Source of the DNA: Eledone cirrhosa | Taxonomy: Eukaryota | Direction: 5' to 3' | DNA: 64,000 bases | NCBI GenBank assembly: GCA_964016885.1 | Contig: OZ024741.1 | Coordinates: forward strand, 80,724,001-80,788,000 | Shown here: in pieces, positions 12,514 to 25,200 of the stretch | How the letters are laid out: each line of letters starts with the position of its first letter | Position numbering within the stretch: the stretch's first letter is position 1 | Notes under the pieces: model-generated | Told to the model about the DNA's origin: nothing | Seen by the model: the letters and a program-made list of their open reading frames with translations, nothing else | The model's database searches: none | Made by a program: the position numbers and the translations under genes

Positions 12514-12833
12514 TACAAAGTCAGAAAACAGCACCGCTCCCATGACTTTCGGAAACATTTTTTTACACTTAGAGTTGCTGAAGCATGGAACAAACTGCCT
12601 GCGTCAGTTGTTAGCTGCCGAGACACTGCATCCTTTAAAACCCTCATGCTTCCTGAAAATCGCCAAAACTACACCTGATGTCCCCCTTCCATACACATGC
12701 ACACATGTGTATATCATGACTCATGCACTGTTCATTTTTCTGACGTTTGTACATTACCCTATGTGCTATACATACACTTTTGATGAGTTGTAGTGCACCT
12801 GAGCACTGTACACAATATTTTCATTATTATTAT
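12514..12833 (+). mobile_element. CR1-clade LINE 3' end
   Basis: Peptide RKHFFTLRVAEAWNKLPASVVSCRDTASFK resembles CR1 ORF2 C-termini; ends in (ATT)n. Confidence 0.75.
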
Positions 12834-12835
12834 CA

Positions 12836-13205
12836 TATTCTTGTGTATAAGTCACACCTTTGTGACTGAGAATCTATCATTAATATATAATATATACCTG
12901 AGTATAAGTCAAACCTTTGTGACTGAGAATCTATCGTTAATATACTATATATACCGGTGTATAAGTCTCACCTTTGTGATTAAAAATTTATCATTAGAAT
13001 ACTCTATATACTTGTGTATAAGTCACATCTTTGTGACTGAAAAATATATCATTAATATACCATGTATACTTGTATATAAGTCTCACCTTTGTGACTGAAA
13101 AGCTATAATTAATATACTGTGTATACTTGTGTATAAGTCTCACCTTTGTGACTGGAAAGCTATAATTAATATATCATATATACTTGTGTATGTCTCACCT
13201 TCTTT
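12836..13205. repeat. 59-bp minisatellite, about 6 copies
   Basis: Unit ATACTTGTGTATAAGTCTCACCTTTGTGACTGAGAATCTATCATTAATAT repeated head to tail. Confidence 0.92.
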
Positions 13206-14855
13206 TAGAAAATATACATGATGACAAAGCCATAGTTCAAAATATATGGTACATTGTAAATACAGCAACACATTAAGTGTTTTAAGGCAATTTTTCAAGG
13301 GTTAACCTTATGGTAGGCTTCATACTCATCTTGGGGTTCATTTTGTGGCAATGTTTTACAGTTGGCTGCTTATTCTGATGCCAACCCTTTTAGTTGGCTT
13401 TTACGACATGCAGGGATAAGGTGTACCTATTTTAAACCAGGCACACACACAGAATATGGTACATTGTAAATGTTCTATGTAAAATAGAGATGCAACTTAT
13501 GCACAAGTATATTGTGGAATATCAATGTTTTTTGTTAGAAAGAAAGAAAGACAAACATTTCTATAAAAACTGGAATTAATCATCATTTTCAGATTTCATG
13601 TTAAATGTCTTAGCAAACATGTTATTCACCATGTTGAATGTTGTTTTAATATACAACAATATAAAATATGTGAGAGAGTAGAGGTTACGTATGTGTATGT
13701 GTCTATTCATATTTATTTTATTAAAGATTGGTGGGTGTAATATCTTATGAATTAAAAGAAATATTTCTGGAGATTTCAATGTATATAGCATATTTTAGAA
13801 TATTTTCTTCTTTCATCTTATAAAATCTCTTCTAAACTTCAGAAAATATATTACCTTATCATATCAAAAGTCTGTAATATATAGCAGTTTATATTTCAGT
13901 TTATCTAATTAATATTTTATAGGTAGCAAATTAGTAGGCGTTAAAGCATCTGATAGAATACTTGGTAGCATTTGTCCTAACTCTGTGTTCTGAGTTCAAA
14001 TCTATCTGAGGTCAACTTTGCCTTTCATCCTTTTAGGGTTGATAAATAAAGTTGATACTTTATTTATCAACCCTAACTGGGATCAGTTCTCTCTTTCTTT
14101 CTCACTTTCTCTCAAAAATTTATGTAAGAACCTTCTATTATGTTATGTTGTTTCAAACACCAGCTCCATTGTGGAGAAATTAATTTTATTGCTAAATCCC
14201 TCCAAATTCTTGACTATTCTAAAAATCTATTGAAACAGAGGTAATGTCTTTCATTAAAAACGTGGTAAAAAAAGGGTTAAAAGAATTAAGATTATATCTG
14301 TCAGGAAAACATGAAGAAGAAAGAGAATTACATAAGATTACTTGCTGACTTCTAATAAAATAAATAAATCAAAACAAAATAGACTTACTATATATTGGAG
14401 CAGAAATATTATATAATAGAATGTCATAAATGTGGTGATAGCAATTTGAAAATTGGCAAAGATCTTGGCATGTATGAATTGACTTTCTGAATTTTAACAA
14501 AGCACACTGCTCAAATAAAAAGAAAAATGGGAAATGTATTCAGCTTTTTGTCGTTTATAAACAATTGCAAGAAATGAAACATCTTTTTACTGTATGGATT
14601 GGGGATTCTGATTAAAAATGTATTACTCTTTACAAAGCTATAGTATCATCATCATCATTATTATTATTATCACCATCATCATTTAACCTTTGTTTTTTCC
14701 TGTTAGCAAGGTTTGGATGTGTTATCATGCATCAAGTCAGTACTTCGTTGTTGCTACTAACCTCTGAGTTAGGCCAGGAAATGCATCTTGGTGCATTATT
14801 TATAAAGATATTAGCAGTAGCACTAACACAGCACAGTTCATGATAAGGGCGTATA

Positions 14856-15129
14856 AATAATAATAATGAAATTATTATGTACAGTGCTCAGGTGCACTAC
14901 AACTCGTCAAAGGTGCATGTATAGTACATAGAATAATATACAAATGTCAGGGAAGTGAATAGTGTATGAGTCATAATATACATGTGTGTGTGTATGGAGG
15001 GGGAGATTAGGTGTAGTGTTGGCGAATCTTAGGAAGCACGGAGGTTTTAAAGGATGCAGTGTCTCGGCAGCTAATAACTGATGCAAGTAGTCTGTTCCAT
15101 GCTTCAGCAACTCTGAGCGTGAAAAAATG
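14856..15129 (-). mobile_element. CR1-clade LINE 3' end, inverted relative to 12514-12833
   Basis: Reverse complement matches the 12514 copy (AGAGTTGCTGAAGCATGGAAC...GTAGTGCACCTGAGCACTGTAC). Confidence 0.8.
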
Positions 15130-15589
15130 AGAACATATTCAATTTTTCTTTATGTATAAGAATCTTGCTTGAAGAATTTAGTTGATTATGTCATCCCTAG
15201 TATTTATTTTTCAAGTTTGTTACTTATTTTACCAATTGCTTTTGTCAAACTGCTAAGTTGTAGGACATGAGCCAACAGTAAACATAAGCACAGACACATA
15301 CACACATGCATGCAGTAGACTCCCACAGAAGTAAACTACCAGTCTAGTACTGGTGTCACTTTTTCTTCTCCTCCTCCTTGTGGCTCTGGGCAGACCTGGA
15401 GAGGGCCGAGTTTTCCAAGATTTAAGAGCCCAAGGAAATATATCATCATCACTGCTTAACATCCAATTTCTATGTTTAGCATGGGTTAGATGTGCTGTCA
15501 CATGATAATGCCAGACAGGTTAGGTAACTATGTCTTGTTCAGGTGCTCTATTTTTGGCTTGTTTTTCTATGGATGAGTGCTTTTTGTCA

Positions 15590-15890
15590 GGGTAGACTGG
15601 ATGCTTTTTATCATGGCATCAGCTCTACTAAATACAGTGGGTTGGGTGTTTTGTGTCATGTCACCAGCACTATCACCATACAGAGGGAACTGGGTGATTT
15701 TTGCCATGATAAACAGTATGACCACCCTACTAGGTAGACTGGGTGCTTTCTATTTTGGCACTAGTATAATCACCTTACAGGGTGGATTGAGTGCTTTTTA
15801 CATGGAACCTGTATGACCATCGTACTGGGTGGACTCTGTCATGGCGCTAGCACTACTACCTTACAGCGTGGACTAAGTGTTTTATCATGT
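15590..15890. repeat. RTE-3'UTR-derived ~40-45-bp tandem repeat
   Basis: CCTTACAGGGTGGACTGGGTGCTTTT..CATGGCAC units; the same type occurs at 23170-23430. Confidence 0.7.
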
Positions 15891-16609
15891 CCTTGATACT
15901 CATTATAACAATTGGGTGCTCATTGTGTCAGTAGCCCATCTGGGGAGGCAATAGTGAGAGTAAGATGAGAGAGCAAGCATCAGGCTACATTTTGTTGGTT
16001 AAGAGGTGGGGTTCATCATTCAACAGTGGGATAGCAATCAACATGTTATGGAGGAGGCCTTGAAGACAATGAGTTGTGCTTGGCAGTGTATTATGGAACG
16101 TGTCTGGCGTGCCATGTATGCATGGATTAGAGTGGTGCAGGCTATATGCCGATTGCTGGTGACACATCTGACCATGGGACAAGGAAGTGCTGGGTTATAG
16201 GGGTACCCTGAAGCAAGTGGGTGGTGTCTGATATATTGTTGAATGTACCTGGCTTTCCGTGTTGGACAGTAAGGATGAATCAGGGATGTGAGTGTGAAGG
16301 GGAGACATGGGTTGGGGAGGGAAGGTGAATCAAGGAAGGTCTGTCCTATCTTTCCACATTAGCATGGGTTGGTCAAGAATAAGTGGGAGAGAACATGGGT
16401 ATGTATGAGCAGGGACTATTGGAGGCTTTTAGATGAGGAAAATTGGGAGTATACTAGCAGGTGGGGATCTAAATGTTCAACTTATCTACTTCTTTGGGTT
16501 TAAGGTGGGGGAAGGTGGATGGGAGGGAAGTTGAGACCATACTGGTAGGAGGTGTCCATCTATGCTTCGTGCACTGTTTTTCTCTCAGCTCATTTCTTTT
16601 CAATCTTCA

Positions 16610-16755
16610 TAAGACCTCTACATACAAAACCCAAGTCTTACTTCCATGCAGCATTGCTATTCACACACAAGCATCATACAATCTGCCTTTCACTCTGAGG
16701 GAGAAGCCTTTTGTAGCCAACAGTTGTAATAGCTTCCTGTACTTTTCCCAGCGAT
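16610..16755 (-). mobile_element. RTE LINE RT C-terminal fragment
   Basis: Minus-strand translation LATKGFSLRVKGRLYDACV*IAMLHGSKTW, homologous to ORF 3363-4385. Confidence 0.75.
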
Positions 16756-17282
16756 TCTTCATATATATAATATAAATAAATGATATAATAAATAAGTATT
16801 CAATTAACAGAGTTATTAGAGCAGTGGATTAAGTGCCTTGTGGTATTTGTTCTGGCATTCTGCACTCACAGTTTGAATCTTGCCAATTTCAATTTTGTGT
16901 TTCATCGTTTCATTGTCAATAAATAAAGTAACACAGCGTCAGATGTGATTCCTTGCAGCATTCCTTAGTGAGTTGGAAAATTTAGATTAACTAAAATTAC
17001 CCATTCAATATTAGTAGATAAAAATTCCCTTTTGACTGTGTTTAAAATTTATAAATAAGAAACAAGGGAGATAATTCTGAGAAACTCGATTGAAATTTTG
17101 GAAATTGTAGAAGATGCAATATTTCAAGTTTTCTTAATCGGTTCACAAATTTTCCATATAAATTTTAGAAAAGCATACTTTTTAGTAATTTTAAATATTT
17201 TTGGAAGAATAATAAAGACCAATAAACTGGTGCTTATTTTGATTATATTTTCATTTGCTTTTTTGTCTTTTTCATTGACCAG

Positions 17283-17493
17283 GATATGAAACCCATTCAA
17301 CATTCTGAGAACACTTGGCACAATGAAGATGTAGTTTTTCCATCAGACGTATCTACAGCCATGGATGATAATGCCAAAATGAAGTATGAGCCTCAAACAA
17401 TGTCACAAGAAAATGCTGTATTACATCATGCAAATGAAAACAGTATCACAAATAATGATGAAACACATTTAAGAGATGAAGAAAACCGCCCTG
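17283..17493 (+). CDS. BCH gene, first visible coding exon (ATG 17286; MKPIQHSEN...EENRP)
   Basis: Polypyrimidine tract + CAG acceptor (17280-17282), donor G|GTAAGA in phase 1, in frame with the next exon. Sequence poorly conserved; the frame could also continue from an upstream exon. Confidence 0.75.
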
Positions 17494-20400
17494 GTAAGAA
17501 TTCACTTATATTTACAGTGCAATATGCACACTCTATAAAGTGATGGGTGTTAGAAAGGACAGCCAACTGTAGAAACCAAGTCAAAATTGGAATATGTGAA
17601 TGAGGGAATCACTAGCTCTCATACAACAAGCACACTCTATAAAGTAGTAGGTATTAGAAAGGACATCCAGGTGTAGAAACCATGCCAAAATTGGAATGTA
17701 TGAATGAGGAGGTCAGTAGCTCTGAATAAGAACAGACACAGATCATTATGACTCCTCTAATAAAGTGGACATAAAATGAAGATAATGATATAATTGGCAT
17801 GTAAACAATAACGCAGTGTATTGGCAGTATTGTTAGAGTGCTTAGCAGTATTTGTACTCTATACTCTGAGTTCAAATATAACCAAGGTCAACTTTGTCTT
17901 TCATCCTATTGGGGTTAATAAATTAAGTACCAGGGATTTGTGGAATTTCTAGAGAATTGGACAAGATTCCTTGAAGTATCTGTGTCAGCTCTTTGCATTC
18001 TGAGTTCCAATTCTGCCTAGATGCTGATGACCAAGGTTAATCATAACACATCAATCTCTTCCCCCCCCCCCCCATTCTCTCTTCCTTGTCTACATGAAGC
18101 TGTCCCCCATTAGTTTCCATTCTGTACATAGCCTTGTTCATTCGTTACCATATGTTCATACCACGTACTACACCCACTTCTATTTTCTCTTCATATATTT
18201 TACAATGTCTTGTACATTTGTTTGTTCTCTTACTCATTGACAAGCTCCTCTACCATTTTCAGTGATTCCAGTTTGATATATTATATTTGTACTTTTAGTT
18301 GTATATAACGACAGGGTTCTGCTTTCAATGTAATTTTCAGTGCGACCGTCCACTCTGCAAACAATTCGTCCCAAGAAGAAAATTAAGCCCAATGTTGAGT
18401 TATTTGATGATGAGGACTTTGATGGTGACAGCTGCACTCCTCCAGTTGACTGTATTTTGGGGGATATAGATGGTCTCCACACTCCAGACGATCTTGACAC
18501 TCCTGAAGAAATTGACCCAGAAGGGTTGGAAGTTGATTGGGAAAGTATGTTATATTATTTTGCATTATATTCTTTAACTGGTTTCAGTTGTTAGACTGTT
18601 GCCATGCTGCGACAGCATTGCATTTAAGAGATTTAGTTGATTATATCAACCTCAGTACTTATTTTATCAATCTTTGTTTATCGAACAGCTAGGTTATAGA
18701 ACATATAAACAAACAGTAAAGGTAAACATAGCTAAGGACACATACACACATATATGATGGGTTTCCACACAGTTTCTGTCTACCAAATTTTAATCACAAA
18801 GCATTGGTCAGCTTTCCAAGGGGCTCTGCAGTGTTGACTGAACATGAAACCATGTGGTTCTGAAACAAATTCCTTAACCACACAACTGTGACTACACCCA
18901 TATACATACATATATGTATATAGAAATCTGTCAGAGAATCATTCTGTCATTTCCATAACAGAAATCCGATGAGCTTTCGATTCCAGAGTCGAGTCCGATT
19001 GATACAGATCGAACTTTGAGCTGATCAATCGCGAAATGCCTCAATAAACGTAATGAAGATTTAACACCTTGTCCTTTTTATTACACACACACATACATAT
19101 ATTCCTTATGTATAATTATTTTTATTTTTCTGTGTGTATCAGATTTAGAATAGGTACACTATCTTTCTGTGCCATAAGCAGCAACTAAAAGGGTTGGTGC
19201 CAGGAAGGGCATCCAGCTGTAAAACATTGCCTCTTTGAAAATGACCCTGTGATGAGTATGAAGCCTTATTGTAATATTTTCTTTGCAATTCTTTCAGGTG
19301 AAACTCCTCTTGAATCACCCAATACCATTCCTGAATACACTGCTGAACAAGAGAAAGCTGATTCTAAACACTGGAAATCTATTGTTATTGGTGAAAAGCA
19401 TTTCCGTATTGACATGAAAGTAGTGGAACCTTACAAAAAGATATTATCCCATGGAGGTAAGGGTTATGTTGTTTTGCCATTTCTACCTACATATAATCAT
19501 TATTGTCTGGTCTGCAAGAGAGAAGATTGTATCAGTATGAATATGTGAATGAGGTGGTTGGGTTATGTGTTGAAGAAATATAAAATGACTGGGTGAAAGG
19601 AATAACACTAGTGATGAATATTGTGAAGAGAGATAGAATTAGATGTTTGGGTCATGTGTTGAGGAAGTATGAAAAATGAAAAACATTCAGCGTGATCCTT
19701 TGAATATAAGCAGTCTATCCAACTGACTTCTAAACAGTTTCTGCTTACCCAATTTCACTTACAAGGCTTGGGTCAACCCAAAGCTATAATAAAAGGCACT
19801 TACCTAAGATGCCACACAGTATGACCGAACTTGTAACCTCATGATTGCAAAGCAAACTACTGAATCATTCAACCAAATTGCATCCAAATTCAAGATATAT
19901 CAGATAAAGATAGTAAAACTATCTCTGTCTTATGTATCTAGAGTTTGTATTCAACAATATTCTAGCTATTGAGTCCTTATTGATCACAAAAAGTAGGTTC
20001 TGTACAAATTAGAAGTACTGTGTAATAACTCAAAATAGTTTTTCCTTTGTTGAATGCCATCTGTATTGATTGGAACTGAATTTCTGTGTCCTTTGTTGTA
20101 GCAATAAACCAGTTCTTGTGTTTTTTTTTCTGTTTTCTTTCTATTAGTTCAAGCTTCATTATTATTCCACCATCCTTTCTTTTATATTTCTAGCTTGGCA
20201 TTTTGCTGAATTCCTTTTATACTTTTTGGCAGTAAATGTTAACCCCTTTGGTACCAACTCATCTGACACCTCCTCCTTTGCTTTTTTCAGCATTTGTTAT
20301 CCTCACCATCATTTTTACTTTATAAAGTATAGTGATCAACTCTTATTACAATCATTTTCAGCATTTGGGACGTTCACATTTTCAAATTTGAAACACACCC

Positions 20401-22180
20401 AGTGCTTTCATCATCATCATCATCATCAACGGAACACGGACGTTAAACGTTGATGATGATGATGATGATGAAAGCACTGGGTGTGTTTCAAATTTGAAAA
20501 TGTGAACGTCCCAAATGCTGAAAATGATTGTAATAAGAGTTGATCACTATAGATAATATGTTGAAAGACATACAGAATTCAATTCCTTATAAGCTTTCTG
20601 TCCACTTTTCTGTCACTAAGGGTAATTTGCCCAATTTTCTCAACTATTATCTATAGTGTTCGACTTGTTTGGAGATGCTCACATTTTCAAATTTTCATAT
20701 ATGAATACATATGTATATAATCATCATCATCACTTCATGCCAATGTTCGCATGCCAACACAAGAGCAACAATGAAGTGTTCATTCTACTGACATGGCTAT
20801 AAAATTGAGGCTTGTTTGCATAATTGCGAACGAATCGAATGTTATTATTAATATTCGAAAAACTCAAATTACATTTATTGTATTCAGCCATGTAGAGCGA
20901 AATTTTCTTTTTTATTTGAATTTGGCAAAGCCGGCCATTTATTGCTCGTATATAGGAAACTGACTGGCCAGTCTGCTGATATGCAAATTTGGCTGATCAG
21001 TGGATCTGTTAATATGCAGATCCGACTGATCAGCTAGTCTGCTAATATGCAAATCAGGCCGATCAGTCACTGTGTATTTTTGAAAATAGCATATATTTTC
21101 ACTAGCTCTGACAGTTTGGCAGGTGAACAGTGAGCTGTACTGATGAAGGGTGATACCCAGACACATTAGTGTCTGCAGTTCTGTTCGCATGCCAACATAA
21201 GAGCATGAATGAAGTGTTCATTCTACTGACATGGCTATAACATTGAGGCTTGTTTGCATAATTGCAAACAAATCGAATGTTATTATTGATATTCGAAAAA
21301 CTCAGATTACATTTATATATAGAGAGATTAACCCTTTAGCATTTACATTACTCTGTATTTACTATGGTATTTACATTACTCTGTATTTACTATGGTAAAG
21401 GCTTTATCTCATGTAATTATCTCACATAATATCAAATCTATGAGATTTTTATATTATTTATTTTGAGAACAATACCTTTACATTGGTATGAGTGGCCAGT
21501 TACAGCTGGTTTGAAGAGAAAGAGGTGAGACAATTCTGGCCGGATATGGCCAGTTTAAATGCTAAAGGGTTAAGAAGAATTGAAGTCAGTGTTGCAGCAT
21601 AAGTACAAATTTTATTGGCATATTATAATTGTTTCAATATCGTTTAGCTTGGGTTACATGAGGTTTGTCCCAAAAGGTAGAGTGTTAATTTTCTTATGTC
21701 CGACATGGTAAGGCAACACCTCGTTGTATATAGGCATGTTAGTTATGACCTTGGCTGCATGTACATACATGTTTCAACATGATCGATTGAGTCAGTTGTG
21801 AGTTTTTGCTGTTTATGTACAGACGTGTTTATAACCTCTGTTACATTTGTAATGCAGAAAAATATCAAACAACAGTATGCAATCAAATTTTCTGTGAAAC
21901 TCAACAGCCTACCACCAAAATTTAATTCTTGAACATGGAGATGCCATTCTATCGAAAATCATTTTGGAACTGTGGAAAACATACAAAAAAATTGTAACCA
22001 ATGAGTTAAGGAGACACACAGAAAAGGACTTCTGGTACTGTTAAAATCAATGGAATAAACATTAGAACCACTGTGACTCCCCAGTGGTAGTATTTTGAAG
22101 GAGATAACTTGTAATTTCATGTCTAATTTACATTTAAATATAACATCAGTACCCTTACTTTTGGAACAAACCTTGTGTGA

Positions 22181-22211
<31 letters not shown>

Positions 22212-25200
22212 AAACACACACACACACACATATATATATATACACATACACTTATGGAGGCACATGGCTTAGTGGTTAGAGCATTGGCCTTGCAATCGAA
22301 AGGTTGTGAGTTCAATTCTCAGACTGGGTGATGTGTTGTTTCCTTGAGCAAGACACTTTATTTCACATTGCTCCAATTTACTCAGCTGTAGAAATGAGAT
22401 GATAGGGACTGAGGTCCTTATCATTCCACTGTAAAGTGGTCGTGGAGGTGCCACGGCAAAAAAGCACCCAGCACTCACTGTAAATGAGGTTGGTGTTAGG
22501 AAGGGCATCCAGCTGTAGAAATCAAGCCAGAATCAGTTCCCGTCCCACCCTTGCAAGCAGGGAAAAGCGGACGTAAAATGAAATGATGATGATACATACA
22601 AAGGGAGGAAGAGATTCAGAAAGGGAAGGAGATGAAGACCATACTGTTGATAGAGAATACAAATTCCTAGGATGGATGAAAGTATTTAAATTACTCCCTA
22701 TACCCACATTTTATCTTGCATTTATGTTCCAAGAATTTTAAAATGTTTTGTCTGAGTGTAGTGTTTGTGTGATAGCTGGACAAAAAAGCTATACAGTTAA
22801 TATAATATAGATTATTATTTTCTGCTCCAGGCTATATGGGTGAAGATCTCAATGCGATCATTGTGTTTTCTGGTTGTTTCCTTCCTGATCGAGGACGTAA
22901 AGATTATAACTATGTCATGGATAATCTTTTCTTGTGAGTTCAAATGAAAATTTTTTCTTTTCATTATCATTATTTAATATCTATTTTCTCTGCTTGCATA
23001 GGTTAGATGGATTGTCATATGCTGAGACCTGACCAGTCTTGCTGGGATGCTCTGTTTTAGCTTTTTCTATGGTTGGATGTTTTTTCTAACACCAACCACT
23101 TTACAGCATGTACTGGGAGCATGGTTTTCTATGGTTGGATGGATGCTCTTCCTAACACCAACAATTTCACTGCATGTACTGAGAGCATTTTTCATGACCC
23201 TGGCACAACCACTTTACAGGTTGGACTGGGTGCTTTTCATCATGGTACCAGCGCAACCGCCTTACAGGCTAGACTGGGTGGTTTTCATTATGGCAGAAAC
23301 GCTACCACCTTACAGGAAGGACTGAGTGCTTTTTATTGTGGCACTAGCACTGCCACCTTACAGGTTGTACTGAATGCGTTTCATTGGAACACCATCTCTA
23401 CCACCTTACAGAGTGAGCTGGCTGTGTTTTATCATTATTACATTAACTGATTTATGCCATTCAAATCTAAATGTTTTGCATTTATTTTCTTGATCAAATA
23501 CTTTTTACAAAGTAAAGTTAACCCTTTTGTTACCATATTTCTAATCAATGCCTATGTGTTTCAAATCATTTAGAAAATGGACAATTTAGTGATGCAGCTT
23601 AGCTTTTTTATTATTATGATGATATTTGGAACATAACTTAAAGATTCTTACATAAAATTAAGATAGAAGGTTTTTTGATAAATACAAACACTTTAAAACA
23701 AGCAGTTTTATTGGAGCAGTTTCAGACAGTTTGGTATCAAAATGATTAGAGATGAGGTTATATTGTGTAAAAAGCAAATTAAATCTCAGCAAGTCATTAT
23801 GGAAGCATTGTATGATCCCTGGTAGTGATTTTTGTCAAGTTTGATTTATTAACATTTTTCAGGTTTAATTGATGAATATAATTTTTTTCAATGATTTTTG
23901 TGTTGATGTTCAGGGTTAGGGACCACACACATGACAAGTAGTTTAGTTTCAGAGAGTTAATATCTTACAGATGTTAATATCTGAAACTTGGTTGAATAAA
24001 TACCTCTCAATATTTAACTTTTGTTGATTGTTTTGTTGAATGTTCCTAACTGTCTCATGATTTTCCAGCAACATATATGTAACAAATATCTCAATATGAT
24101 TTTCTGACAACAGATATGTAACAAGTACTCTAGAGCAGCTTGTGGCCGAGGATTATATGATTGTGTTCTTTCATGGTGCCACACCTCGCCGACAGATGCC
24201 TGGCTTCAGCTGGCTGAAGCGTTGCTACCAAATGATTGATCATAGGTAACTGTACATGATAGATTCAATCATGCATGTTTATTCCCAAGTGTGTGTGTGT
24301 GTGTGTGGAAACAAAAATGAAGCCATTAATAAAATTAAAGAATGCATTTAAGCTCACCTAAATGAAGAAATCAATTGGTTTCTGATTGATAACTGATTGA
24401 TCTTAATGATATTCAATTTAACTCAGAATATCCTGTACTACATGAAACTACATTACTAAGTCATTTTTGAAATGTACAAAGCAGCACTATGACTGCATGA
24501 CGGTCTTTACTTTAGTTCACTGAAAAGTTTGACAACAATCTGTCCTTTAGTGAAGACACTATAAACATTTTAATTAACAAACTCTTTATTGGCATAAAAT
24601 AGGTTGAGGAATTGGCTGAACCAGTAGAGCATTGGATTAAATGTTTTACATTATTTAGTTTCATTCCTCTATATCAAACTTTTCCAAACAAGTATCAGCT
24701 TTTATTGAAATGGATTTCCTCGAAGAATGGTGACCCAATCCTTCTCTTTCAGAGTCAGTTGTAATCGAGTATGACTTGGTGTTGATTAATTTTTTTTCTT
24801 TACAAATTATTATACTGTAGTTAAACAATGGAGAACACTTTATCAAACACACTTTACTTTTTCATGAGACTGTAGACCAAAACATTGACACAACCACACC
24901 TTCAGGTATTGCAGAATACAGTTGTCAGTGTGATAGATTTTAAGTATATTTGAAATTTGGCTTCTCTGTGGACCAATTAAACTCATGACTGGTGATGCGT
25001 GATATATTGAATTGTTTATTTATTAATTTCATTAATTTTGTATTGCTAAGAAACTTAATTAATGCGTCATGTCAAAATCTATTTTTAAAAAGTATGTTAC
25101 CAAAGTGAAAAGTTTGGTCAGCTCTGTGTGCTGGATAAATAATGTTTTCTGAAAAAACTTCAAAAGTGCTCACTTGAGTTTTATTTAATTCATTCTAGAT

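Noticed and set aside
12836-13205. Regularly spaced repeats resembling a CRISPR array
   Set aside because: Whole 59-bp units repeat with no unique spacers; eukaryotic context, no cas genes.
1-17282. Upstream exons or a PRUNE/DHH domain for the BCH gene
   Set aside because: No convincing coding exon found; the 5' end of the gene is unresolved, so no specific orthologue symbol is assigned.
22258-22330. tRNA-like sequence
   Set aside because: No proper acceptor stem, and it continues into a SINE body and RTE tail; a SINE head, not a tRNA gene.
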